Assembly (NCBI RefSeq): GCF_964204865.1
Contig: NC_135260.1
Coordinates: 15,770,478-15,834,477, forward strand
Origin: Styela clava
Lineage: Eukaryota
Length of the DNA stretch: 64,000 bases
Reading direction: 5' to 3'
The notes under the pieces are model-generated. The model worked only from the letters and a program-made list of their open reading frames with translations. It made no database searches and was not told where the DNA came from. Below, piece by piece: positions 51,644-62,820 of the stretch; position 1 is the stretch's first letter, and the number at the start of each line of letters is the position of its first letter. The position numbers and the translations under genes were made by a program.

Positions 51644-52298
51644 TAATCAACACAGTCGGTATCGGGATCCACTGTAACAGATCCTTTCACGGTTACAACG
51701 TCTGGGATCAGATGGAAAAGTGCATCGCTGGGACAATCACAATCATTGTTTTCTAAGACTGAAATTTCAGCATTCGTAAGTTTCTTCGACCACATCATCA
51801 AATTTTCTATTGTTCCGCTGAACGTTTCAGTAGAGGCGGTCCATCCACCTCCCATTTCATCTTGATCTTGACCGATTACTATCGTTCCAAATCCCGCTGG
51901 CAACGACGTTATTCCTGCTAATGTACGCGTAACGTAATGAGTACCGTCGACAAAAAGCTGTACCTCTGTATCAGTAGTCGAGAGGACCCAACAAAAATGA
52001 AAAATATTAACAGTTCCGGCAGTTCTTAAAGAGATCGATGCTGTATTTGTTGTATCATCATTGTCATTTAAAAAAGCAAAGGTATGACTTTCAGGATCGT
52101 CAAAAATAATCTTGATAGCATTGTCGTATGTTTCTGTAGCGTAAGAAAACAGAGTTCCTGATCCGACCGCTGTTCCAGGTGTTACTTTAAACTTGCTGCA
52201 GATTGTAAACTCTGTGAGTTCAGGCATATCTATATCTACCAACAAATAGTTCTCAACTGCTGGTGTACCAGGAAATATGTAACGTGTTTGTGGGCAGG
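51643..52298 (-). CDS. Pentraxin-domain terminal exon: (T)CPQTRYIFPGTPAVENYLLVDIDMPELTEFTICSKF…HFCWVLSTTDTEVQLFVDGT…IVIGQDQDEMGGGWTASTETFSGTIENLMMWSKKLTNAEISVL…DCVD, then stop.
   Basis: Collinear with the CRP/SAP pentraxin fold: FVFPKES…FTVCLHF, the HxCxS/TWxS signature (here HFCWVLS), EFWVDG → QLFVDG, and ILGQEQDSFGG…VNMWDFVLSPDEI → VIGQDQDEMGGG…LMMWSKKLTNAEI. A phase-1 acceptor gaattttcag|CC lies inside the track ORF; the track's M is TTG. The stop TAA overlaps AATAAA. Confidence 0.82.
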
Positions 52299-53347
52299 CT
52301 GAAAATTCAATTTTATATCTTGTTATATTATCGTTCAAAACCAGATATACAATAACACAAAAACTTTAAAAGCTTCGTGAAATTTCCAAGTTTCAATTAC
52401 CAATTATTTCACAAACAACAAGTTGCAATATGAAGGTTTTGCTTCGCCTATGAGTCTGTTTACATTTCATAGAATTTCTACAACTTATTGAAATAGGAAA
52501 TTTTAACACTGATTGTAAAAAAATGCATTTTGCTGAGAATAATTGAAACAGCACATCACCGCGGAGGATCACACGATCTTAAGTGCTACAAAGGCGTAAC
52601 GGTTTATTTATAATTACAAATATTAATGTATTGACAACATTTATTACACCGTAAATCACGAACTTCACTCTCAACAAGGTGAATGTGAAACGCAATCGCT
52701 TCAATCTCGTGAGTTTTTTTTTATAATTATTCACATATATAGTGTCTATTAAAACTTTTCCATGGTCTGTGGGATACTACCGAATTTACTAGAGAGAGCG
52801 GAATTACCATGACGATAGTTTCTTTGTAGCAACTGAAGTTTGAATAGTTGATTTTCAATGAGTTTGTTTCAAATAGGAATGTCTGATCTCGATCTATTAA
52901 ATAAGTCAAAAATTTCTGAAGTGATAAATGTAAGGGCGAGAGAACTTGCATGTTCAGACATTTATGTTCACAGTAACTGCAGGCAGTTCAAACTAGGGAA
53001 CGCAATACAATGTGGAAAGTGGAATGAATTCAGAAATTTAATTCAAAAGTTGTCTTTATCGAACACGACTTTTTAGTTGGTAAAGCTTTGCGATCAGATC
53101 CGTGCTGACAGACAATTTTTTTCATGCTAAATACTGTTTGCCATGTTTGTAGTAACAATGAGTAGTGTTTTGAAATAGCTCTATTTAATAATTTTTGGAC
53201 TAATTGTTTCTGAATTGAATCCAGTTCAAAATTGTGATTCAGATTTGCGACGCATTTAACATCATAAAGTGAACCTCCTGCAACTATGATATTCATATTT
53301 TCTTCAGATTATTGCACCAGAATTTTTGGAACAATTTTAGGGCTTAC

Positions 53348-53476
53348 TTGAGCATATAGCAGCTACGGAGTAAAATCCATCTTCACATACACAACCTTGA
53401 GCTTGTGTCAGCACGTTCAAAATTCTACAAACTTGATTTGTTGTGCATGCTATATTGCCATTAGCACATTCATCAG
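53348..53476 (-). CDS. EGF-like exon A: DECANGNIACTTNQVCRILNVLTQAQGCVCEDGFYSVAAICS, 6 Cys, phase 1-1.
   Basis: Acceptor caattacag|CT. Donor TCAA|GTAAGC. Joined to the pentraxin exon, A+CC gives Thr with no frame break. Carries the CxC…GF/Y EGF signature. Confidence 0.7.
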
Positions 53477-54146
53477 CTGTAATTGACAGTAAAAATTTAA
53501 GCCTATTCGTTATTTCTGTACAAAGCATTGTCAGTTCAGTTCAAACCATATGCTGTTAGGTTTGCAGGACTATGAAAACAATATAACCAAAATATCGGTG
53601 TTTTTTACACTTCAGAATCACATGGCTCTCTCGATTCGTAGTGCACAATTTGTGTACTATTACTGAAATACAACCATTACTTAGGAGGCCATTAAAATGC
53701 CTATTAGTGTCATATATCCATTCCTATTCCCAATACAACTTCCTTTATCTATCATTCTATCTCATAAAAATATTCGGAGTTTACCCAAAGCTAATAAACT
53801 GTGGACAGGTATCGTTATGAGATTTGTGATTGTAATTAAAACACTAGTAAATATAAAATATTGTAGTACCATAAACCCAAGGGTATGAGCAATTCAAGAG
53901 TAGGGGGGTAGTCAGTGCCTTCAAATCTCTCTGGGAAGACTTTATATATTTGTTTGTTTGTCTAGGTTTTGCTGATTTATTGAGTGCATGCTTGTCGTTT
54001 CAAACATATTTTTTAAGTATATCCACATCTTTTTGACCAGTTGCCTTTTTTTTATCAATGTAATCAATAATCAGTAATTTATTTTTTCACCATGCTGAAA
54101 AATACGAATTCTACATACACATTTAAAAAATATATATAAAAAAATC

Positions 54147-54382
54147 GGGGCTCCCGAAGTATGCGAACCAAGATGGCGGACGTCGGAATGTAATATGTGT
54201 ACTAGGTTAGGGTTAGGCCATAATTTTAGGTATAAATACTACGGGAGGCTCTTGGCTAGTCTTCGAACTGATAATAGGACTAAAATAAGAAAAATTGGAA
54301 ACAAATTATCGCCTAACCCTAACCTGTTACCCATGTTACGTTCCGATGTCCGCCACCTTGGTTCGCATACTTCGGGAGCACC
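54147..54382. mobile_element. MITE family A, copy 5 (long form, internal core inverted relative to copies 2 and 4), in the intron between EGF exons B and A.
   Basis: GGGGCTCCCGAAGTATGCGAACCAAGATGGCGGAC…GTCCGCCACCTTGGTTCGCATACTTCGGGAGCACC. 8-bp TSD AAAAAATC on both sides (54139–46 and 54383–90). Confidence 0.7.
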
Positions 54383-54552
54383 AAAAAATCGCATATATAA
54401 AAAAAATTGCAAAGAAGAACAAATAATATATATTATTTAGTAATACGTAAAGTGATCTGAAGTCTTTCACAAACAAGTTTCTTGTGCTTAAAACAAGATC
54501 ATTTCAGACAAAAATATAATAAAATAATTATCAGTATAAAAATACAACTTAC

Positions 54553-54684
54553 CAACACATCCTGCACCAGGCACCACCGAAGGCATATGGTTGGTGTCGC
54601 AAATGCATCGAGCAACAGGACTTCCCGTTTCCTTGGAAATTATGCAGTGGGTGTTGGTTGGACACGTTATTCCCTTACACAAAT
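54553..54684 (-). CDS. EGF-like exon B: LCKGITCPTNTHCIISKETGSPVARCICDTNHMPSVVPGAGCV, phase 1-1.
   Basis: Acceptor ttttttgtag|AT. Donor GTTG|GTAAGT. Confidence 0.7.
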
Positions 54685-56066
54685 CTACAAAAAACGTTCC
54701 TGCTTAATTTAATGGGAACATAATAAGTACTCAGATCTATTTTCAATATTTACAAACAAATGCGCGTTAGGATTTTTCTCAACATATGGTACCAACCAGT
54801 GATGAATCTAACTTAGTGAGTCTTTTTTTTATTTTTTGTGTCATAGTGGGTTTGATACAGGTTTATTCTGTAGTTCTTAAATTCACTGCTGAAAGTGATG
54901 GACACATGCCAAATATTTTAAAATATTAGGCTTTTGAAACAAAATGCAAAAACAGCATGAACCCATCTGTGCCAGGTGTTTCCCATTGTTTAAGTTCACT
55001 TCTATCAAACTAAACATGAGTTAACATCGAATCCGACGAATTTCATCCATTTTTACTGCAATTCTGTCGTCAATTTATCTTTGTTTTTATAGCTTACATT
55101 TCTGAAGGAGTATTGCATTTATTACGATACTATTTGTAGCAAGCTATTCTATTTTTGTGTTCAGAATATTCATTGCAAACTGCCGTGGTGCAATATGGTA
55201 GCAATAAAAATTAACAAGATCACTGCAAACAACATTGAAAGGAATGGATTCGTTATTGGTTTTGATGCTCTGTTTTATATCTGTTAACATGGTTTCTCGA
55301 TAAATAACAAAACATGGACAATTTTAGGCATATGGGATTACGGGAATAGATCATGAAACTCAAACAACTGAATTTTGGATGTGAAATGAAACACGGTGAA
55401 TCACAGTGTGATGGACAAATTGGTGTTGACGGTCACTGATGATCACGTTCGGCTGCAGTATGAAACAGAACACTCACAAGGTGTAAAGAGAATGAAAAAA
55501 ATTAATGGAAAGGTATTGCGGATAATGTTTTTTTTCTAAAGAGATCAACACACAAACATTCAACGACCGTACAGGATATTCAGCTTATGCTGCTGCGAGA
55601 TGGGGCAAAATAAACATTTAATTAACAGAAAGTTGCTGGCATATACGGTACATATTAAATTGGTCATTATTACTGCAATAGCTTAGGTGTTTCAAAAGTA
55701 TGACAGCCCGGATGTTCCTATACATTCGAGTATCTTTTGTTTGGTCATTTCTGGCCCAAGCCTTGTTTAAACTAGGTTTGTGTTTTTTGTAATTTTTTTT
55801 TGTTTGTGTGCTGGTGGGCGGGCACATGATATTTCCCATGTTTTTTTAGGTTTTTTTTTAGGCTTTTTTAAAGATTTTGCTCGCCTTCCAGAATTCTTCA
55901 TTTTAAATCTATCTATCTAAGAATAATTTCAAATTTGGAAAAAAAAAAACTAAAAACTCTTGCACTGTTCGTTTAACTTGTTTGCGGAATACTTGCTCTA
56001 TCGCCAAGGTGCTGTATCCCAATAGCATTTTTTGTCATAACTATAAGGCAACACCACCCGACTTAC

Positions 56067-56207
56067 CTAGGCAGTTCAGGGTATCAGAAGGATCCTTGTA
56101 AAAACCCGTTAAACAGACACAACCTTGCAAATTGGTGGGTGGATCTACAAGGGCACAAACAGCGTTATCCTTGCACGTGGTAGTTCCGGCAGACGAGCAT
56201 TCATCCA
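56067..56207 (-). CDS. EGF-like exon C: VDECSSAGTTTCKDNAVCALVDPPTNLQGCVCLTGFYKDPSDTLNCL, phase 1-1.
   Basis: Acceptor tttgaacag|TG. Donor CTAG|GTAAGT. Paralogous to exons A and E (the QGCVC…GFY motif). Confidence 0.72.
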
Positions 56208-56502
56208 CTGTTCAAAAAATAAAACCAAAGGTTAAACCTGGCCTCATTTGGCGATATTATTATGACCATCCTATATGGTCGTAGATTCAATTTATATTTT
56301 GCCGAATAATACAGGGATAAAAATAAATATAGGAAAATATTGTTCAATTTTCATAAAGACTTCTCATGTATTTAAAATTCATACAGAAGTTAACTCTATA
56401 AATTAAAAATATATATTGAAGTAGTCAATTTGTTTTAGAAGTAACACATTATGTTGATTGTTGTATATTGAGAAGTTTCAACAATAATGCATTTGAATTG
56501 TG

Positions 56503-56571
56503 TGCTACCGAAGAATGTGCACCAAGATGGCGCACAACCTGAGCCCTAACCGATACTTCTGGAGCGCCTTG
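56503..56571. mobile_element. MITE family A, internally deleted derivative of about 70 bp, in the intron between EGF exons D and C.
   Basis: GTGCTACCGAAGAATGTGCACCAAGATGGCGCACAACCTGA…CTTCTGGAGCGCC. Confidence 0.45.
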
Positions 56572-56885
56572 AATTGTTGTCATCCCAATGAAAACTGTAG
56601 CTATGTTTCAAATAGCTCGTCTCCGCCTGAGTTTTCTATATTTTAAACGCTTGAATTTACATGCCAATGTCCATTAATGATAAAAAGGAGTATCCCAATT
56701 ATAAAATCCGAGTAAATCTTTAAATTGTGGAAAAAAAGAGGAAAAATTAAACCAATATATAATTAATGTTTGCCCTGTGATTTCACAAGTTATGAGATAG
56801 AAAGCCAAACTAATTCATTCCAAAGTTCAAGGAATACATTTTGCTACTTTAACTTCTCTATATCATTAGTAGTGTAGAGAAAAAA

Positions 56886-56992
56886 GGCGCTCCAGAAGTA
56901 TGTGCACCAAGATGGCGCACAACCTGATAACCCTGGCACACATACTATGTTCAGGTTATGCGCCATCTTGGTGCACATACTTCGGGAGCACC
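56886..56992. mobile_element. MITE family A, copy 7 (short form), whose end lies 15 bp from the splice donor of EGF exon D.
   Basis: GGCGCTCCAGAAGTATGTGCACCAAGATGGCGCACAACC…GCGCCATCTTGGTGCACATACTTCGGGAGCACC. TSD GAGAAAAA and AAAAAAAA. The exon donor GTGAGTA starts at 57007. Confidence 0.7.
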
Positions 56993-57007
56993 AAAAAAAA
57001 TACTCAC

Positions 57008-57142
57008 AAAAACAGTCAGTACTGGGAGCTGGTTCAGGCAGGTAATTGTCTTTACAGATACATTTTCCAGCTGGTGGCGTAGATAGGTGATTCAAAACTT
57101 TTATTAAATTGGTCCCACAAGATGCCAGTCCATCCAGTGGAT
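57008..57142 (-). CDS. EGF-like exon D: PLDGLASCGTNLIKVLNHLSTPPAGKCICKDNYLPEPAPSTDCF, phase 1-1.
   Basis: Acceptor ccgattgttag|AT. Donor TTTT|GTGAGTA. Track ORF 56844..57149 reads past this donor into an intronic MITE. Confidence 0.7.
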
Positions 57143-57537
57143 CTAACAATCGGAATTTTTGTTACTCTTTCATTGTACTAGAGTTAACTAGCGTTCATTA
57201 ATGCTCAAATTGAAAATGGCGCCGTTTTACTTCTAGAACACCTTTTGGACTTATTTGATATTATCCCTAAACTGTCAAGATTCAGTGGCATTAACCCAAA
57301 AAGATGTGTTGGAAGTACCAGGTTTAGTACTTATCTTTTGTTTTAGGTTTAGATCACGTGTCTGTTTGTAATACGGGATATGACAATTAATATCAGTGTT
57401 GTAGTCACCCGCCACAGTTCATGCAAATGAACTTCCGAACTATCGTTTTACCTACCTAACTTATTCAAAAATAAAAAATCGCCCTCTTATTTATATTATT
57501 TTTATGTATTCATATACAAGTACACAGCTTAACTTAC

Positions 57538-57669
57538 CAACACATACGCTATCAGACGGTTTGTAATAATATCCTTCATCACAAACGCATCCTTGAGCAC
57601 GGGTAGCACCATCGACGATACAGCATGTCGCTTTGGTACAAGTAATACCTGACGTTGCGCATTGATCGT
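57538..57669 (-). CDS. EGF-like exon E: DQCATSGITCTKATCCIVDGATRAQGCVCDEGYYYKPSDSVCV, phase 1-1.
   Basis: Acceptor caaaatttag|AC. Donor GTTG|GTAAGT. Confidence 0.72.
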
Positions 57670-58315
57670 CTAAATTTTGAATGTTGATATTGAAGACCAT
57701 TATGTTTGAGATTCAATAGTTGTGTCAGAAGTTAAATATATATATTAGTATATAACTTTTAAACAAATTGAACAAAATGAGATTTTCATTAGCTTCTATT
57801 TCGAGAAAGGCCTCGTTGGGTAAACACAGGTTTGTGAAGTCGTAGTTTGGAATGTTTCTATTGATGCTGATATTGGAATCGACATTTGACTCGGTGTCGC
57901 AAAAAGGAAATTAAGAAGGCGCTTGCATTGGCCAAAGTTTGTTGGTTTTTTTTTATAACTTGTGGATAAGACGGAGGGCTTTTTTCAGCTTGGAGTCGGG
58001 TAGCCAAAGTCGGCATTTCTGTCTGCCTGTATTCGGAATCCTTTTTTAAGTATCGATCCTAAATATTTGTACGATTTTTTTCCCCAACAGCACTAGATTA
58101 AAAATCTAGTTCATGTCGCATACCAGATTAAGCTAGCCAGTAATACCTACTTTTCGCGCTGCGTGGACGTGGCAGTCCCCCTACGAACTACGAACCAACA
58201 CGAAACCTGTGGATTTGACAGTACATTGAGAACAGTTTTAATTTACGTTTAATTTTTTGTATCAAGAATTCGCATCAGTCAGCAGTGATAGAGAAATTAG
58301 AAATGTAAAACAAAC

Positions 58316-58447
58316 CTATACATTCATGGTTTTCAGTAGCATGAGGCATGTAGTTGGCATCACATTCGCATTTTCCATTTGAAAGAACACCTCCTACTGG
58401 ATTTATTACACATTGTGCGTTTACGCATGATGGGTCGCATGCAGTCG
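58316..58447 (-). CDS. EGF-like exon F: TACDPSCVNAQCVINPVGGVLSNGKCECDANYMPHATENHECI, phase 1-1.
   Basis: Acceptor tttgacttgaag|CG. Donor ATAG|GTTTGT. No ORF in the six-frame track covers this exon; it was found by translating the minus strand. Confidence 0.65.
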
Positions 58448-58834
58448 CTTCAAGTCAAATAACGAGAAATAAAGAGGTTAGTTATTAAACACCAATACCC
58501 ATATGGTTCTATAAGCACCATGAACCACGCTGCAAAATAATCTTTAAAAACGCTTCTCTCAAAACCATTTAGGTTTAGAGCACTACCATAACAAGTAAAC
58601 ATTTAAAATCGACTGATGCGCTAGTTAAGAAGCAAATCAACCTTTGTCTCAACAACATCAACAATTTAGGATAACGTTCTATAAACCCATCTTCGTGTCT
58701 AGAAATATGTCATTCGTTAAGGATATAGGAGCGGTCAAAGACAACTATTAGTTATCAGAGTGTAAGATATAGGCAAAAAATTAATGAGAAAGGGAGTAGA
58801 TATAAAATATAATCAGGAAAAAAATAAAAATTAC

Positions 58835-58963
58835 AATAGCATCCAGCCCCGTCCGCTCCAGTTGGCAAGTATCCTTTATCGCATTTGCAACTTCTTTTCT
58901 CGGTAGCTTTGTCAAATACACAAACAGCGTTTGCTCCACAATCAAAACCAATACATGTATTTA
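58835..58963 (-). CDS. EGF-like exon G: NTCIGFDCGANAVCVFDKATEKRSCKCDKGYLPTGADGAGCY, phase 1-1.
   Basis: Acceptor tatttgtttag|TA. Donor TATT|GTAATT. Confidence 0.68.
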
Positions 58964-59388
58964 CTAAACAAATACAGATATTTATAATAAAATATAACGT
59001 ACAGCCTTATCGGGATACACAGGTTGTTCACAACGCCTTTCCAAAATTCAAAAATGTAACAATCAATCGATAATATTTTCAACTGTAAAGAACCCTTATG
59101 GTCACAATGTATGCATATATATAAAAAAAATGGAATTAATGCTACGTAATACAATATTACGGCATTGTACGAATTTGCTAAATTCAAATTAGCAATAACG
59201 TTGACAATTACAAAAAGGTTAGAATCTGAATAATTTAAAATGGGTAAAATTAGAGAATGCAAATGTTGGTTCGCGCGAAATAAATATATTTAGATGCACT
59301 AATAAAACCAATCGAAGTATATTTGCTTTGTAAAGTTAACAGGTGCTTATATCGATGTTACAAACAGTGAAGTTTTGAAGGAATTTAC

Positions 59389-59517
59389 CGCTGCATGTTT
59401 CTCCTTCATCAATAATAGTATTTTCCGTTGGACAATAACATTCTTCAAAGCAACTCCCCTCGTGAATCACACAAATTGAATCCTCGCTGCAAACTTTTCC
59501 ACTTTTACAAGTTTTTT
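59389..59517 (-). CDS. EGF-like exon H: KTCKSGKVCSEDSICVIHEGSCFEECYCPTENTIIDEGETCS, phase 1-1.
   Basis: Acceptor ttgcaattccag|AA. Donor AGCG|GTAAAT. Confidence 0.68.
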
Positions 59518-61090
59518 CTGGAATTGCAAATAAATATCACACCGAGCCTTCAAAATAAAATTGTATTGATAGTTTACGAGCATACATCTGTCATTAGTTC
59601 ATGTGAAATTACAAAATCGCACACTTTACAATTCCATTTCCCATTTTTTTTTAAGTCAGTACATGCTCTTGAAACAATATTTAGGAGCATGTAAAGAATC
59701 ACAAAGGAAATGAAAACGAAAACTAAGATAAATGCTTTCCGCTGTATTAAAAAATATGGCAATACACAAATAAATACATAATCGCGGAGGGTAGCGCTGA
59801 GGTAAACACGCGCTGTCATAAACAAGCCGAATCACATCCGCAGAAATATTGTGTGGTGCTGGCAAACCAGTAATAGAAAATATGTTACTCTAACTACGAT
59901 GACTTTTGTCTTAAAAGTAATCACATGAACACTCACATAAGTAAGAACAATTCCGTGAAGCATTAGTAAAACAAAGTCCACAATGTGATATATAAATAGC
60001 CTCATATATACGAACTTGGTGCGATTTTCAAACAATCGGTCTAGCATACAGTCACCTTTGCTGTTTCCTCCACGCCGGGACAAATATGAAAATCTCAATA
60101 ATATTCAACCAATGAATAGTTTTACTTCTAACAGATACTAAACATGTTGAGCAATAGATGTAATCAAAGTTCAATGATGTTGTTTATGAATTCTATTTTG
60201 CAAATTTACGAATGTGTGTGTCTGTTCATCCATTATATCGTAGATCGACCTAGCTCATGGAGTCCACTTTTATTTAAATAACTCAAGTAATTGCATTTGT
60301 GTCGACAGAGTTGTATAAGTTTGGAGACGAGCAATACTATTCGGTTCAGTTTAAAAAAACATATTTATTTGTCGCGTACCTTGGTACAAACCCGAAACAA
60401 CTTTATTGATTTTCGCATTTATAATCTTTGCAGTTAGTATGATCTAATCTAATAAATTAATGTCATTAAATGTTGTTTCGAGTAGATATCTGATTTCAAA
60501 CTCAAGCTCGAGTCCGAAGACATGATAAGCAACATCAGGCATAACATATATGCTCACAATACAAGATACCACAATTGGGAAATGCACAAACATATCATAC
60601 TGTGCACTCATGTATATCAGCATACAATTCCTTTAACAGGAAATATCTGGAATCTTCTTTGTCTCAAGCAACTATAAATTTCCTGTCAAAATAATCACAA
60701 ACCAATATTCGAACAACCGCAATCGCTTTTACGAAGAACAGATCAGTGAGTCATATTTGGAACTCATATTATTGTGCAAAGCTTCCGATTTCGATTCTTT
60801 GTAGAAAAATCACGTAAGGCAATAAGTTTATAGCACAAACTGTATATATTCCTTTCCTATTATTACCTGCTGCAGATGCTGTGCATATAAATTTCAAACC
60901 CAAATGCAAAATTGTCATTCAACTATTTTGCTTGTACAACAAAAAGGGATAACAGTAATTTGAAGCGGCACACATACTAATTTCTCATTACCAATCAATA
61001 AATCTTTGGAAAAATATTATAACTATCTCATTTTTGACAACCAGAGGGGGGAAATTTAGTAAAAATTTGATAGGCATATAGTATACTCAC

Positions 61091-61277
61091 GGTCAAGTGG
61101 AGGATCAACTGTACAAACTTCGCAAAGTCCATGAAAAATGTCATCACATGATTTATCATCAATCCATGCATGATCAAACCAGTCCGGATTTAACAATGAA
61201 ACTAGACAAGTGCTTGTGACGTCACTGGGACTACCCGGTTTCCAGTCCACTGCACTACTTCCGGTATTTAAAGCAGT
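61091..61277 (-). CDS. C-type-lectin-like domain, C-terminal half exon: TALNTGSSAVDWKPGSPSDVTSTCLVSLLNPDWFDHAWIDDKSCDDIFHGLCEVCTVDPPLD + 1 nt, phase 0-1.
   Basis: Follows the CTLD pattern W..G.P…C…..W.D..C…..LCE. The EPN/QPD and WND Ca/sugar positions are degenerate here (KPG, WID). Acceptor ttacacgaag|ACT. Donor GACC|GTGAGT. Joined to EGF exon H, C+AA gives Gln. Confidence 0.6.
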
Positions 61278-62677
61278 CTTCGTGTAAAAGAATGAAAAAA
61301 AAAATATTTTATTTGAAAATAATTTAGGCAGTGGGAGCTTTGGGGATACGCAGGCCAAACCTTCGTTCCTGTTGTGACTGAACTGCTTGCCGACTAATGG
61401 CAGATTTCGACTGCTTGTCTAAATTTTCATATGTCGAGCTCATAGCACCAAAACCTAATTCTCAAAGTGTTTTATATCGTCTATTACGGTAACAGTTGCA
61501 CTCACGATTTTTTGAATCCGTAAACTGTCCGCAGGATATTTGCACCTGCATACTTTTGCACTCATCGTCATTTGCACCCACAGATGTTAGCACCAGATTG
61601 GAAATCAAGACAGATTACTATTTGTAATTTGCTTGTATTCCTGGTTAGTGTTGCTACGTTTTTTGCAATCATTGCTGGTTACAATCCCATCCCACTTTTT
61701 CTTTTTGTTGGTCATTTTCTTTCAACGAAGTAACGCAAACGTAGTCGAATTTACGGTGATTTTCTAGTCAGTACACATAGGCAATCATATCGTACGAAAA
61801 CAGGCCACAAATAAATTTACAACGTCAGAGTTAATTAACTAATAATGCAAGACAAGAGAAACGTCAATAGCGAACAATGAAAAAAGAGAAAACTGAGAAC
61901 GTGGGTGCATATTTCCGCGGTTGCAACCGTGCGTTGATAAAACTGTGCCTGGGGGCAAACATTCATGGGCACAAAAGTATGTAGGTGCAAATACCCTGGA
62001 TGAAATTTTCTGGTGCGAACCGTCAATCATATTATAACGCGTGGATGGTTACTGAGATGAGAGCAAACAGTCTCTAATGAAAAGACCTATAAAATAAACC
62101 TAATTTTAGCTCAATTTCCATTTATATAACCTAAAACTAGTTAGGCCAGACGAGCACAACTTTTTATGTACGATGAGATTAAAAAATTTTCAGGTAAATC
62201 TATACTTTATTTTAAATCCTATAGCTTCCATTTTCGATTGAAGTTTTGCTCGTTATATTTTGATCAGGGATTCAAATAAGTTGTAGCAACTAACCCCATC
62301 ACCGGCAACAAACGAAGTTCCACTTTTTCGAAACCCTGTGTATGTAATGACATCACTATCAAGTGTATATCCATTCACTTTGAAGTAATAAAGAATTTTC
62401 CTGTAATAAAGTTCATTCTATTTAATATTATCCTATTACATTCTATTTAATAGACTTGTTGTGTTTATTACTTATGCATGTCTGAAAGTGTTAAAAATCC
62501 CTGTTGAGAATGAGTATTTTACTTTCCCACGAAAGAATAATAATCGTACTGGTGTTTATTCTGTTGTAACAAATTTATAAACATTCTCAAAAACATTTCA
62601 AGTTTTCGGTAAGAAGTTGAGCCGTTGATAAAACAAACTTTCTCGCAAATTCAAAATAAAAACTGTTACTTCAAAAC

Positions 62678-62820
62678 TGATCCTGTATTGACAGCCTGTA
62701 TAGCGAGTTTTCCACCGTGCTCTTGACAAATCCGATCGGTTACATGGTATGCACCTGGCGGAGTCAGAAAATATTCACACCCGTTTTTAGGATCAAATTT
62801 TGGAATAGCTGGAGGATATC
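62678..62820 (-). CDS. C-type-lectin-like domain, N-terminal half exon: (G)YPPAIPKFDPKNGCEYFLTPPGAYHVTDRICQEHGGKLAIQA(VNTGS). The 3' boundary is uncertain: a phase-0 donor at 62693 (GCT|GTCAAT) or 62678 (TCA|GTTTTG).
   Basis: The C.YF……C…GG.LA.I pattern matches the start of a CTLD. Acceptor tacattttacag|GA is phase 1 and matches the upstream CTLD-C exon. A middle WIGL segment is not confidently located. Confidence 0.45.

Noticed and set aside
52339-52470. Possible signal-peptide mini-exon for the pentraxin (MKCKQTHRRSKTFILQLVVCEII + GTAATT donor) joined to an acceptor at 52364
   Set aside because: The resulting intron would be only about 37 nt and the phases do not match. It runs into a stop. 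The internal acceptor at 52299 joined to EGF exon A is consistent instead.
56844-57149. 101-aa minus-strand ORF containing an EGF-like segment
   Set aside because: It is a chimera. Only 57008–57142 is the EGF exon, bounded by AG and GT sites. The rest reads through the donor into MITE copy 7 (…WCTYFWS… is MITE sequence).
62281-62400. Candidate CTLD middle exon (…YYFKVNGYTLDSDVITYTGFRKSGTSFVAGDGVS…)
   Set aside because: It bears only a weak resemblance to the WIGL…W.W.DG segment, and its phase-2 acceptor does not match the phase-0 junction required between the CTLD-N and CTLD-C exons. Left unannotated.
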